NCBI GenBank assembly: GCA_964247055.1 | Contig: OZ176056.1 | Location: 6,696,001-6,760,000 of the forward strand | Length of the DNA stretch: 64,000 bases | Direction: 5' to 3' | Source: Paragordius varius | Taxonomy: Eukaryota; Animalia; Nematomorpha | Shown: positions 40,243 to 54,600 of the stretch, piece by piece | Numbering within the stretch: position 1 is the first letter of the stretch | Layout: each line of letters opens with the position of its first letter | Notes under the pieces: model-generated | What the model was told of the DNA's origin: nothing | The model's input: only the letters and a program-made list of their open reading frames with translations | Databases searched by the model: none | Translations under genes and position numbers: made by a program

Positions 40243-41572
40243 CCATTTACAGTCAAATTCACCCTTGAACAATTCGATTTCATCCTAAAATGAATGATAT
40301 GTTTTTAAGATTTAAAATTACCTTTATTTTATAATATTTTCAAACAATGAAATTTTGCTTAAAATTAATATAGTGCTGAAGAAATAATAAACCATGTCGT
40401 AATCTATATATTTATAAAAATGGAAAATGCTGGCTTTGTGATCTGGTACAGGAAAACCGGTAGACCCAATCAAATCCAAACTTCGAAAAAATATAATCAT
40501 TAATGAATGCCCCGACAATAGCCTCGCCATTTTTTTGAAATAGGCCCCCAGTTCGGGCCCCGGGTTTTTTTGAAAACAGAAGTCCACAAAAATTGTGTCT
40601 TTGAGACAATTTTCCGGAGAACGTGTTGGTCCATTTTATATCAAATATGATTTTTATTTAGTTATTTTCGATTGCGCCAAACATAGTCGAGTCACTTTTT
40701 TGATTTAGGCCCTCTTTTTACCCGCTCCCCCCGTAAAATGCCACCTTTTTCAAAAAACAAAGTCCACAAAAATATTTTTTAAATCTCTTTTTCGACCAAG
40801 ACATGAGACCGTAAAAATTCAATATGGATTCCACGTATTCCCTGTTAAAAGGCAAAAATTTTAGCCAAGCGTTTCTTTGATGATAGCTGCTGGGTAAGGA
40901 GCTACCCGCGAAAAACTGATTTCTCATGTAACTTTGTGATCTGTTTCCGGAAAACCGGTGAACCCATTCAAATCCAAATATCGAAAAAATATAATCATTA
41001 ATGAAAGCCCCGACAATAGCTTCGCCTTTTTTTGGTATTAGGTCCCCAGTTCGGGCCCACCCCGTGTGAAAAATGGGTTAAGTCAATTTTTTGGAGAACG
41101 TGTTGGACCATTCAATTTCAAATATGATTTTTGTTTACCTATTTTTGATCGCGCTGAACATAGTCGACTCACTTTTTTGATTTAGACCCTTTTTTACCCG
41201 CTACCCCCGTAAAATGCCATTTTTATCAAAAAAAAACAAAGTCCACAAAAATAATTTTTTAAATCTATTTCTCCCCCAATTAAACAATAAATTAGTATGA
41301 ATGCACCGTTTTAAGATTCCTATGAAATCATAGCTATTAAATAATTTTTCGAAATAATCCACATATGTAGATCATTTTATTGTCCCTTTTTTCAAATAAC
41401 CCCCTCCCCCCAGAAGTCCGAAGGACTTCCTCGGGCTGCGTAGCAGCACGAGATTTACGCTAGTATATTTCATATTAATGATGAGTTATATTATCCCGAA
41501 AACACATAATTATTCGGGGAATTTAAATTGTTAAGGGTTTGAATTGTTCTAAGGCATTTGAATTGTAAATGG
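40243..41572. mobile_element. CCATTTACA-type MITE interrupted by Helitron copy E
   Basis: Left TIR CCATTTACAGTCAAATTCACCCTTGAACAATTC at 40243 and right TIR ...TTTGAATTGTAAATGG|TA at 41572. Removing 40403-41463 restores a ~270-bp MITE like those at 44297 and 63285. Confidence 0.8.
40403..41463 (+). mobile_element. Complete non-autonomous Helitron copy E (about 1061 bp, two internal modules)
   Basis: A|TCTATATATTTATAAAAATGG ... GAAGTCC-GAA-GGACTTC CTCGGGCTGC-GTA-GCAGCACGAG ATTTACG CTAG|T. Inserted between A and T with no TSD. Confidence 0.9.
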
Positions 41573-41789
41573 TATATATATATATGTAAATGATGAGTTT
41601 GATTAAGTTTAAATTGATTTATTTGTACAAAGTTTAAAAACCCAATTTATTTTTATGGCAATAATGTGTATTTCCTTTAAATTACATTAGAATTTTAAAC
41701 AAAAACTACTTACAAAAATTTTGCCATTTGATCAAAGTTTAAATATTTTTAAACGCCTTTTATATGTAAAAATTTGGTTGTAATTTTAA

Positions 41790-42361
41790 CACTTGGATAC
41801 AACACATTCATTTTAGTCCTTCAATTTGGGGTAGTTAAATACCCCAGGCCTGTTTAAAAATGAATTCTTAAAAAATATGGAAGGAATCGAAACCATGACA
41901 AAATTTTGCACTTATATAACATTAATAAACCGAAATATATAAAAAATTTTACCCAAAAATACTTGATGTTACATATTTTAAGCTAAACCGAAAGGTAAAA
42001 ATTTAGTCAACGTGACATGTGTTTAATGGTAAAATTTAAAATTAATAAAAAAACCGCTTTTTCTATTTCTATCAAAGTTAGATGTAATTTAAATAAAAAA
42101 TTAGCTTTAATTTTACCCTTAAAATTAAATGAAGACCATATTTTGCAAAAAATTTGTAAAATAAAAATGGCGGCGAAGTAGTTTGACATGGAACTTTTTT
42201 TTCAAAACAAATTTTTATTTAGATATTTTAGCATATTCATATAATTTTTATTAGGATAGAAGCATAAATTTAAATTGGGACCGTTTCCTTCAGTAGTTTT
42301 TTAAAAATCCTAACTTAAATTTAGTCTGGGGTATTTAGATACCCCAAATTGAATCGAAGTG
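41790..42361. mobile_element. TTAA-flanked (piggyBac-like) MITE, copy 3, about 260 bp upstream of the adducin ATG
   Basis: TTAA|CACTTGGATAC...GAAGTG|TTAA. Same body as 6473-7008. Confidence 0.75.
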
Positions 42362-42625
42362 TTAAATATTATTTATTTATTTTTTAATTTGCCAACTTAT
42401 ATATATTAAATAAGTATATTTTATATTGTATATGCAGAATCTGTTGGAAGAAACAAAAAAGCGATTTAATTTATTAATTCATGAAACTTATTCCCATATA
42501 TTGATTTGAAAAAAATTATATTTTTGGATTTGTCCCCACACACTACTTACATTCTACTAAAACTAATCAACTTATATTGTCACCAGTTTGCTACAGGAAA
42601 TTGATTTATTATTCGAAACAGTACA

Positions 42626-45600
42626 ATGGTCATTGATGGCGAAACTAAACACGGTATCTGGCTTTATTTTTAAGTTTTATTTAAATTAATTTTTATAATA
42701 TCGGTGAAGTTTAATCTTTTTATTACATTTTCTTATAGCTGAATTCATAGGTAAATAAATAGGAGAGCAGGGTTCGGCTGGTTGATTTAAATAGGTTAAT
42801 GCATTTTTTAACCGTCACTCTATATTAAGCACTCGGAATTTTTGAAACACATAAATAACATGGTTTAAATAATTTTTATATTAACACTCCATTCCTTTTG
42901 GGGTAGTTTATTATTCTAAAGCGATTTTTAATTTGAATATCTTAAAAAGTATTAAATAAGCCGAATTAAAAAAAATATGTTTTCTTTAGCCTTTTAGGCG
43001 CATTATATACAAATTTTTATAAAATGTATAAAATTGTAAAAAAATCCTCATATCAAAGTTTTTTACCCCATTCTTTTCTGTATAATTTTTTTTGACCGAC
43101 ATTACAACAGGTATATAAATGTATTATGGTTAGAAAAATGTAAATAATTAACCTTTAAAAGCTTTCAGGCTACATTTTACCAGCAAAAACCTGATATATA
43201 TTGATTTGGAGCTTAGACTCTGGAGGCCACAAACATGTAAAAAATACAAGCTCTATTATCTAATACATGAGAATAATGTTTGACAATTAAATTTTAACTA
43301 TTATAACTTTCAAAACTGTTGTTTATTTACAAAATATTATCTGGGATATAAAACTATTCTAAAAGGGTTTTAACCAGGACAAAAAGGTGAAACGTAAGTA
43401 TTAAAATTTGGATTAGCTGGTTGTTTAAATTGATTGGATCTATCCTAATTTCGGACTATAGATGATAGTAGGGAATTGTAAAATATATAAGTTTTTTTAA
43501 CTTATCATGTTAGGAGAATAATGTTTGATACACAGTATGCACATTAATGTTGGCCAATTGATAATACAGTAGCGGTTATAAAACAAATTTTGTCCATAAT
43601 TAAATCCAATTTAATGTTGTAAGCTCGGGAAAAATTTTTTATTCTTTAACCATTTATTTTTTTACCCATATGCTACTATATTACCAATTGTCCAAAAATT
43701 ATATGTGATTAACATTAATGTGCATACTGTTATTAAATTTTAACCATAACACGTTTCAAATCAGTATTAAAATTTTATCTTATTTAAAAAAAATTTAATT
43801 TGTGAGGAAGATTTCAAACCTTTATTCACCAACAGAGAGAGATTTATTTAAAAAAATTGTTAAGGAATATAAATTTTGTCTTAGAATTCATAAAATTTTG
43901 TGTTGATTCCTTGCGGGTTGCAAAAAATTTTCTGAGTGCCGTCTGTTGGACACAGCAGAAAAAACTGATTATACTTATAAAATTTAGCCTATAGTCTAAT
44001 CTAGTTTTGATATGGGCTAAAATTAATTATACCATTTACAATTCAAATTCACCCTTAAACAATTCAAATTCACCCTTGAAGAATTGAATTATCCTTAAAA
44101 ATATATCATGTGTTTTCGGGCTAATATAATTCATTTTTTATATGAAATAAATTTTTACGACATAGTTAATTATTTTTTCAGCATCACATATACTAATTTC
44201 AAACATAATATCATATTTTAAAAATCAAAAAAATAAAGGTAAATTTAATGTACAAAAACACATAATTTGTATTTTATATTAACTGTAAATGGTATACCAT
44301 TTACAATTCAAATTTACCCTTAAACAACTCAAATTCACCATTTAACAATTCAATTAACAATTCAAATTCACCCTCAAATAAAATATATATTAAAACTTAC
44401 CTATATTTTTTTATATTTTTAAAAAATAAAAATTTTGGTTAAATTAAAATAATACTGAAAAAATAATAAACTATACCATAAACATCTATTTCATATTAAT
44501 AATGAGTTATATTAGTTCGAAAACACATAATTTATTTTTAGGGTAAATTTGAATTGTTCAAGGGTGAATTTGAATTCTTCAAGGGTGATGTTGAATTGTT
44601 CAAGGGTAAATTTATAGTTTAAATGGTATATTTTATAAATTAGAAAAATCTATTACGAGGAATGAAGGAGAAGGTATGTTAAAGCGTGCCATAGATAACA
44701 TTGATCCCAATGATCCTGAACACATTCGTTTAATGCAAAGACCGGCTGATGTGAAAGAGGATATGATTGATATGGGCGCACGGAAACGTGTCTCCGCTGT
44801 CCTCAATTCTAAGGTTAAAATTTTTGAAAGTTTTGAAATAAAAATTTTTGCATTGGTAGGTATATATAATTAAGAACTTTGTTCTTTATTTAATACATTT
44901 ATATATTATATATTTTGGATTTGTTTATGTGTGAAATATGGAAAAGATGAATATTGAGCATCTATATTGAGCATTAATTGGATAATGCAACATTTTTGAT
45001 TTTAATACCTGTAACCTTTTATCCGTATTCTAAATTTTTGATATATTTTAGTATTTTTGTTAAAAATTTAACAAAAAGGAGTTTTTTTTCACAATTTTAT
45101 TCGCGAACGGATTAAAAACATGGATTTCGAAAGCTTTTTTTAAAAGAAATTATTAACATTTAACCGACTCTAATTATAAAAAAAGGATATTATGCGCAGA
45201 ATCCATATTTTTGATGCCAATTTATAAAACAGTACCATATATTATAATACAAATTGCTTCCATAATTAAATACATAAATTTATTGTTATAAGATATAAGT
45301 ATATTTGTTTAATTTCAACCATTTATTGTCTTTCACCCATACGCTACTGTATTAAATGATAATGTTTGAAAAAAATATACGGGTCAATTTTACAGGAAAC
45401 ATTTTTGATGGCTAATGTTGCAATTAAGTAGCGTATAAGTGATAAACAATAGATGGTTAGAATATAACAATTTTTTCATATCTCACAACACAATAACAAA
45501 CAATTTTTTTGTGGACGAAATTTGTTTTATACCATACACTACTGTATCATCGCGGTTAAGCTGATTATTTCTTTATTTATAAAAAAAAGGATTTTAGTTA

Positions 45601-48600
45601 CATAAGAAAATATAATATATGATAATTTTTATTCAGAAAAAATCGATCTAGATCTAGAGCTAAAGTATTGCGTATTATAAATTTTTTTGTGAGAAAAAAA
45701 AGGTTAAAATATCAAAAGTGTCCTAATTCATTGATTATAACTCATTTTTTATCGCAAAACTCAACTTTTTGTAATTAATTATGATATAATATATATCCAT
45801 GTGATAGAAAAAATTGAATAATGAATGATAAACCATTTACAATTCAAATTCACCCTTGAACAATTCAAATTTATCCTAAAAATAGATTATGTGTTTTTGG
45901 ACTAGTATAATTTCATTAATAAAAAATATATTCTTATGGCATAGTTTATTATATTATATTAATTTTAAACGTTATTCCATTTTTTAAAAATGTCTAAAAT
46001 AGGTAGTTTTTAATCTTCAAAGACATATAATTTATTTTAGGGTAAATTTGAATTGTTCAAGGGTGAATTAAATTGTAAATGGTATTTATTATTTTAACAT
46101 ATTAAAACGATTGTATTTTATATTATATCTGATTAACATGTTCCTCTTATATTTATTAAATATTTTTTCGTTTATACGGATTTTGCCTCAAAAAATACTT
46201 TTTTGCATGTATGCCCACCAAAGTTGTCACAAATATATATGTATGAATATATATACACCTATTTTTTGAATTTTTTAAGATTTAAACCAAAATATCTAAA
46301 TGATGTTGGATTTTTAGAGTAGTTATAACTGACCTGCCTTGAATTAAATGGATAGTAAACTTTAGAACAAAACTTCCAACGATTTTAGCGGCGTCAAAAA
46401 TGATAGTTGAGAATGTCTAAAGCGATATGTTTTTCATTTAACATTTTAATGTTTGTAACCATGTTCTTGAAAATGACAAAAAATATCCTAACCTGGCTTA
46501 AATTTATATGACCCGCCAAATGTTTGCTTTAGGTTGGAACTTAAATGTTTAAATAGTTGTGAGTTTTTTTATATCGGTATCAACAATATTTAATTCTGTT
46601 TGTCATATTTACTTTTTTTTACAAATTTCTTAAGTGATCATCCCCTGTGTCTTCTTTTTTACAAAAAAGGGGTATAATAGGTTTAATTTAATGACAAATT
46701 TATTCCTTCATTCGAATGGCTTTTTAATTTCATGTATATATATTACTAGGCCTTTAAAGCTGACCTTGAACAAATTATCATTGAACAGCTGTCCGAGGGT
46801 CATGAATATCCCTCAGATTTATTGGCTCTTCACAGGCTTTCAGACATACTGCGACAACAATCTGTGAGTACTGGCATGTATTCAAGAAAAGGCAATTTCG
46901 CTTCAAAGTCCTTGGGTACTTTTTTTTCTTTTTTATTACTATAATTAGTTTTGATTTGTAAATTTAAAGTGGTGTCATTAAACTTATATTTGCATTTATT
47001 GGATATAATATTCTATCTAGTTTTTGTAGTTTTTTTATAAAGTAAAATTAGTAAGGATGATTTTTTCTAATACAATCTAAACATTTATGCCGACTTATTC
47101 ATATTATAGTTGGTCGATTGGCAACACACAGTGGTGTATGAGTAAAAACAACAAAATGTAGAAATTAAATAATTATTTTTCCTTTCCTTAAACATTACTT
47201 TGTTTATATAATTATAGACAAAATTTGTATGATAAAATACACTACTGTATTAACATTAATAATGTGAATAAACCAGCATTAATGTGCTGCATACTGTATT
47301 TTACTTTTTTTATATTTTTACATTTATAGATATTAATTTATATTGTTTTTTGATTTTAAAATTTTTGCTCTTTTAAAGTAATTAAATATATTTTTTTAGT
47401 ATTTCATACTTTTGCGGCATTATGTTTATAATAACAAAACATAAAAAATATATATATTTTATGATTTTGATTTTGTTTTATCTGATTTTTGTTGATATGT
47501 GAATTTCAATCCTTTTACAAACGCCCTATGAAAGACATCTTGTCAAGAATGATAATGTTTAAATGTTTATTGGTTTTAACTCTAAAATAAAATTTTCAAT
47601 TGTTTTTTTTTGCAGAATTTGCTAGAAATACCTGATTATAATTTTTTATTTTATTCTGTATATATAGGAAACTTTATCATGCCTATAAATGATATCCGTG
47701 GCACAGAATATAGTTATATATCAGCGCATGAGAAAAGTCTGCGTTGTAAATTAGCTTCCTTATGTCACCTAATAGATATGGTCAACATCAATCAGGGTGG
47801 GATACAAAATTTAATTTCTGTAAGTTACATCAAATTATAAATTAAATATATATATTTAATCTGTTTTTTTATCATTGCCATTATTTAATTTTATTAACCG
47901 TTTGAAACTTGAAAAATTATTCTTTTAAAATAATTATCTCTTTGAAATGCTATATTTAAATTAATGTATTGGAAATTATTTTTGAAATATAACAGTAAAA
48001 GATGTAAATGATAAGCAATATATCGTTAACACATTTTTGATATGCTAAATTTTTGAACAAAACATATATATAGCCATTACAAATAATTGGGAATGCATAT
48101 ATTACAGTAAAAATTGAAAGTATACGAGAGTAAAATCAAATGACAATTATTTTTTTTCAAAAGTTTTTTTAAATATAACTGATTGTTTTAAACTGCAAAG
48201 TATAAGATAAAGATAATCCAAATTGGTAACACAATCAATTATATAATTGACAATTTAAATCATTTTTAAAAAAGTATTGTTGCCTTTTGAAACAAAAATT
48301 TGTCTTTATATTTCCACGCTTTATATTGTTTAAATTTTTACTGTAGTATCATCTCCTTTTTACGAAATATATATACCATTTACAATTTATATTCACCCTA
48401 AAAATAAATTATGTGTTTTCGGGCTAATATAACTTATCATTAATATGTAATATATTTTTATGGCATAGTTTATTATTTTTTCAGTATAATATTAATATTA
48501 AAAAATTTCATTTTTTTTAAAAATATGAAAACATATGGGTAATTTTTGATTTTTTTATTTTAAGGTGAATTTGAATTGTATTTGAAGGTAAATTTGAATT

Positions 48601-51600
48601 GTTTAAATGTGGATTTGAACTGTAAATGGTTATACAATATATATATATATATATATATGTATATGTATATAAAAGTTTTATAAAAAATATTTTTTTTGGG
48701 TGACACTTTTATAGGTGCGAATAGATAATGAACATGAACACTTTCTCATAAATCCGTATGGTTTACTTTTATCCGAAGTTACGGCTTCGAGTTTGCTTAA
48801 AATTAATTTACAATCCCAAATATTAGATCCGGGCAGTACACATTTGTATTGTGTTCCAAAGTATGTTTATATATCTATTTTTTACCTATTATAGAAACAG
48901 TTATTAATTATTGCCAAATATCAAACGCAACATAGGGCAATATTATTGGCTTATATTTATTTTTTTCGCTTTTTACTATTTATTAATGACCAATAATAAT
49001 TCTCTTTACTTCATATGCTATTTGGCAGTAATTAATAACTTTCTAGCAATATATACCTCCTACATATACTGTAATTTAAATTAAAAATTTAAATTACATG
49101 TAAAAAAGGACAAAATGTAAAAACTAATGATATAGACATAAACCTTAATATTTTTTAATTATAACTCATGATTAATTAGTTGAATGTATAGCAAGAGTAT
49201 GTTACCAATTTACATTGCTGTTTTGTATTTGGCAACATAAAACAATAATAAATATATATATATATTTATATATTAAAAATTATGGCACTCATTTTACAAA
49301 ATAGTTTTGTTTTAAGTTTTTTTCTTTTTGTCCTTATATTATCAATTTACCGTATTATTTTTATTATTTATGGCAAATCAATCGTATATGTGCTTTATGT
49401 TAATAATAAGATATCTATATAAAAATATGGTAGAGTAACTCTTACACATAAGTTTTTTTAGAAATCCAAAACTTGCAATTCAATAACACTGGGTTTTTTC
49501 GAAATAATGAAAAATTTAAACTGATATTTTAAAAATTTGACTTTTAATACATGTTTATGAGTTAGATGACTGATTCTCATTTATATTTCCATTATCTGTA
49601 TGTTTTTTAGCTATTATATTCTATACCATGGATGAAGTTTTTAAACTGATAAAATTAATAATTGATTCAATATTTGCGATCAATTTAAGACTTAATTTAA
49701 AAACGCTTTTTTAAGTTTTTTTTCATCAATGTGTAAGTTTTTAAAAGGTTAGTTACCTAGCCAAACAAATATTTAGCCATTTTAATTGAAAAATTTATTA
49801 CATATAATTATGATTTTCTTTATAATATTGTGTTTATTAATAATTTATATTATTTTTTTTATGTGAACCAAAAAAAAGTACCACATTCTTAATACATGGG
49901 TCCCTTCATGCCCTACGTCCCGATATTCGATGTGTTATCCATTGTAAATCTCCATCCGTATTAGCCATGAGTAATACTAAAACTAATACTAATGATAATC
50001 ATACTTCCTATCTTTTACCAATCAGTTCTGAATCGTTAATCTGTCACGAGGTCATGGGGTCACGTGCTCTCGACATTAATAAACTGTTGGAATATGGATG
50101 TCAATTGTTAAATCATCCCAAAATGGTTGATAAAAATGTGAATGAACTTGAAAACAATGAAGATAATAAATTATATAAAGCATTGGAAGAAACGAAAGAA
50201 AAAATTTTACGAGATATTGGCCCTCGGAATAAGGTTTACAGAATTAAAATATTTGTCATTTTATTGATAAACATTTTAAATATATGAGAGTAAAAATCTT
50301 AATTATTTTTACGTATAGTGAGTGAGATTAATATTTTTTTTCTTAAAATAATTTGTCTTTTTGCAAAGGGTAAATTGGTAGGTTTCACACTTATTCTTCA
50401 TTTATTCCTTAGGTTTTTACATGATTATGTCGGAAAATTTGATTTTTTTTCAATTAAAAATTTATATTTTTGTTTCCAGTTTTTAATCGAAAAGTTTTAA
50501 CTATAGTGTTTATATTTAAAATCAAATCAAAATATTATTTTAATTTATGAATTTTTATAAATTAAACCAATCTCTAAAACACCTATAGAATATTAATTTG
50601 CACCACTAACCATGAAAACGGATTAAAAAAACTAGGGATCAATATTAAAAACTCACAGTAAAAATATGAATTATAAGGACAAAATGTAAAAATATAAAGA
50701 CAAATATTTTTTTAAAGACAAACAATACTTTTTAAACTTGAATTATTTCAAATAATCATTGTTTGAACTGTAAATTATAAAATAGAGACCTATATTGGTA
50801 GCAAAATCAATGACATATTTTACGATTGTAGGAAAAATTAAAGTTTCATAAAGCATGGTTGTCTTTTCAAAAAAAATGTCTTTATATTTTTACATTTTGT
50901 TCGTATAATTACAGTTTTTACTGTAAATATTCTTAGATTATGGTGTTAGAAAATCAAGGATTGCTCGCTTGTGGTTCCACTATAGAGGAGGCCTTCTATT
51001 ACGCTCAGTTAGTTACACGTGCCTGTGAAACTCAAGTACTAAAATTTTGTTTTAATTTAGATCAAATAATTAATTACAGACAGAAAACTTATTATAAATA
51101 TGCTGTATAATACTTGTAGGCCCTAATTAAAACGCAAAAAATTTCGTATTTTGTAATTACGGAAAATTTTTTTTATCGCTAAATATTGTCGTTTGATGTG
51201 TTTAAGGACACCAATTAAAAATTATTTGAGCAATTTAAGTTTTTGGCATAATAATGTTATAGTTTTTATTTATACGGTTCTGTAAATGCTTCTAATTGGC
51301 AATTTTTTGATTTACCCTTTACTAATTTAAAAACTCAAATGACATATCTCAAAATTACCGATGTGTATAAATTTTTGACATAACCATACCTAAATTGGTT
51401 ATGATTTATAATAAAAATATACTCAAGTGTCCGATAAATTTGGCTTCTAAACCGTGGGCACGTCAAATGGTTTTCATATATATTAATTAAATTTAAGTAG
51501 TTTGAAAATTAATCAAGCATAAATTAGATATCTTGAGAGCCTAATATTTTGACCAATTATGATAGATGTAAAAAAAATATTTTTTCATTTATTTTCTAAT

Positions 51601-54600
51601 AAAATTTACCGTTAATCTATGATAACAACGAAATATCTATTTGTACACTTATTATTTGAATTATGATGACAAAACGTATAACCCAAAGAGATATACAGTA
51701 TTAATGGTTGCTTATTTCACACTATAGTAGGGCGATTCGCTTTTTTGTTTTGCAAACTTCTCGACCAACCATTAAAATACATATTATATATAGGTATAAA
51801 GGCAACTCTTCATTTTTTTAAACCTTAATTCCGTTAAATAAATATACCGATTGATTAAAAATGTAAAATAGTACTTTCTTGATGGTAATCCTTTGTTCTA
51901 TACCAAAAAATCCGGGGATCAAAAAGTATGGCGTCTATTTGGAGCTAGAATTCGTACTTTTAGTTTTTATCTTTTTGTCCATATGTTTTTTTACCAATTT
52001 CATATTTATTGAAAATATATTTTTTGTTAAAAAATATTTTGCCAGGTATCAACTTTGGCATGTCTTGGTGGTGATTTTACACGCCTTAAACTAATTAATA
52101 ATGCCCCATCAATAAAAGGCAATTTTATTCCATACAATAAGGATGGATTAGAAACTACTTCAATAACCTTAACGCTGAGTAATGCCAATTATAATAATGG
52201 TAATAAAAGTAATAATATCGATGAAATGAAAATGCAAAAAGATAGTAATATAAAAGCTACGTTTGGACCTGGTGAACTGGAGTTTGAAGCCTATATGAGA
52301 CGCCTTGACAATATGGTGAGTAAACTGTATGTGCCTTTTTCGAAAAACAAAAAACACATTTTTTTGGCTGTATTTTTTATGAATGTGAAAATAAATTTTT
52401 TTATAGATTTGTTTTTTTTTCATATAAAAAAGGTTAAATTGTTAAATTTGATGTAAAAGGAATGATGTTTATAAGCGGGTTTTTTGTTTTCTGTTAAATT
52501 TATAATAATCTTTTTGAATATTAAATTTTTATTTAATGAAAAAAAGTTATGGGTCTTTTGTCGTATAAGCTTTATTATAACTGGTTAAATTTCAATAACT
52601 AAACTCTTTTCATATAAAAGTTATGGATTAATAATATTATATATTAAAATTTCAATTTAATTGGTGATATTACTTTTTACATTGTTTTGATAAAAGAGAT
52701 GGAGGAAAAATATATTAATTGTAATATTTAAATTTGATCATTACAGTTTTCTCTAATATACATAATAGTTTTACTATTAATTATTCTTACTTACTTTATT
52801 CATATAAATTACTCTTCTTACTAGGGTTATAAAACAGGGTACCCTTATCGCATGGGCCCGACCCAGGTATGGAAAGAGAAACGAAACACTCGCAAAAGTT
52901 ATGAAGATATTGAATACCCACCGGCTGCCCATAGCTCAGCCCTGGACACTGAAACAGAAAGTAGTATGATGTCCGATACTGATAGGTTTGAAATAATTTT
53001 GCTGCTTTTTTACGACTTGTTCAAAGAAATTTTTAATAAAATTCATCAATTATATATTTAGATTTTGAGATTTGTGCTTTGATTTTGTATATATATATTT
53101 GCATTTATTTAGTTACATTTTTAAATATATACCAATTATACGAGTTTTAGGGCAAATATATTGTTATGATGATAGAGTATAATCTATATAAATTGCGAGA
53201 AAAAGAAATCAAATGATGTAATGCTTAAAATAGTTATAAACACGATATCAAATACCGCTAGTGTTATTTAATTTTAATGGTACATTTTTTGGCTATATAG
53301 TTCATAGATTAATTTAATAAGCCAAGATTTATCTAAAAATGTTACTTTCATTGTCTATAATTTATATCAATTTTATAATAAGTTCATTCATAAAATTTAG
53401 AGATTTATATATTGGTAACACTATCAATTATTTATTTTACTATTGTAATTAAATAATTTATATATGAGAAAAATATGGTTTAGAAGAGTATGGGTTATCT
53501 TTTGGATTTTTATGTTTTGTCCGTATAATTTCAGTTTTTACTGTAAATTTGTTACTTGAAATTAATAAAAAAAATTTACATAGTTGATAAATAGCCTTTA
53601 TCTTATTATTATTATTATTAATCCTTTTCAGACTTTTTCGATTTGGTGATATTAAAAAACGATTGGAGAAAAAGCATTGGTTGAATTCACCCAATGCGTA
53701 TGCCCGCGTAGAAATATCCGAAGTGGGAACTAACCAACCCAAAAAAATTACAAAGGTATAATAATTTTAAAAATATCTTTTTTCTCTCTTTTAAAAAATT
53801 ATTTTTCATTTTATGGTTGCTTCCATTAATGGAAATTAAGCTTCATTATTTTTCGCGCACAAAAAGTATTTTTTCTAGTTAAAGGTCGCAGCTAATTATA
53901 GGTTTTTTTATGATTTACTAAATTTATATATGCCTTTTTTACGAAAAAAAGAAATTAAAAAATATTTTTTATTTTTATATTTTAGTGGGTTCCTGTTGAG
54001 AATGGCATACAAACTATAATACCTGAACAACCAGACCAATTTATACCTGTGGGAACGAATAAATCTGAGTTTCGGAAATTGCATCAGGAGGTATTAAATA
54101 AATAAATTTTTTAATTTTTAATCTAAAATAAAGTCTAGAATATGTGTCAATAAATATTTCTAAGTGTGTATAAAAATGAATTAATTTCTATTAAATTATT
54201 TTAAAATAGGTTTTTATTTCCTTAAATAATGTATGTGGTAAATGTCATCAAAAAAACCTTGTCTTACTTTCAACAAATAGATAAAATATTAAGATATTTA
54301 TTCAAACAACGACGTTTTTTTTCTTTTATTACTGGATAGCTGTTTTTTAGGATTATCATATATATCTCTGTTTAATATTAAGTGTCACAACTGTAAATTG
54401 TTAATACCATTAGTCATAACCTATTTAGCCAAAAAGCTCCATAAAAATATGACAATTCGTTTTATATCATTTAGGGTTAAGTTTTCTTTAGTATTTCATT
54501 TCATAATTATTATGATATTCAACCGATTTAAAAATGTTATAATTATATAAAACTTTCAGATTAAAGATTACAGAAGGAGTGATAAAATAGATGCTGGTCC

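Noticed and set aside
29528-40927. Recurrent 65-110 aa ORFs (MSQRHDF...LLSGHSLMIIFFR...) that could look like a multigene peptide family or a CRISPR-like array
   Set aside because: They lie antisense within the Helitron module, frames shift between copies at homopolymers, and starts are often non-ATG. Repeats are ~480 bp with no unique spacers, so this is not CRISPR.
46864-46869. Consensus GTGAGT donor inside adducin exon 3
   Set aside because: It is phase 0 and incompatible with the phase-1 acceptor at 47668. The donor at 46916 keeps the frame.
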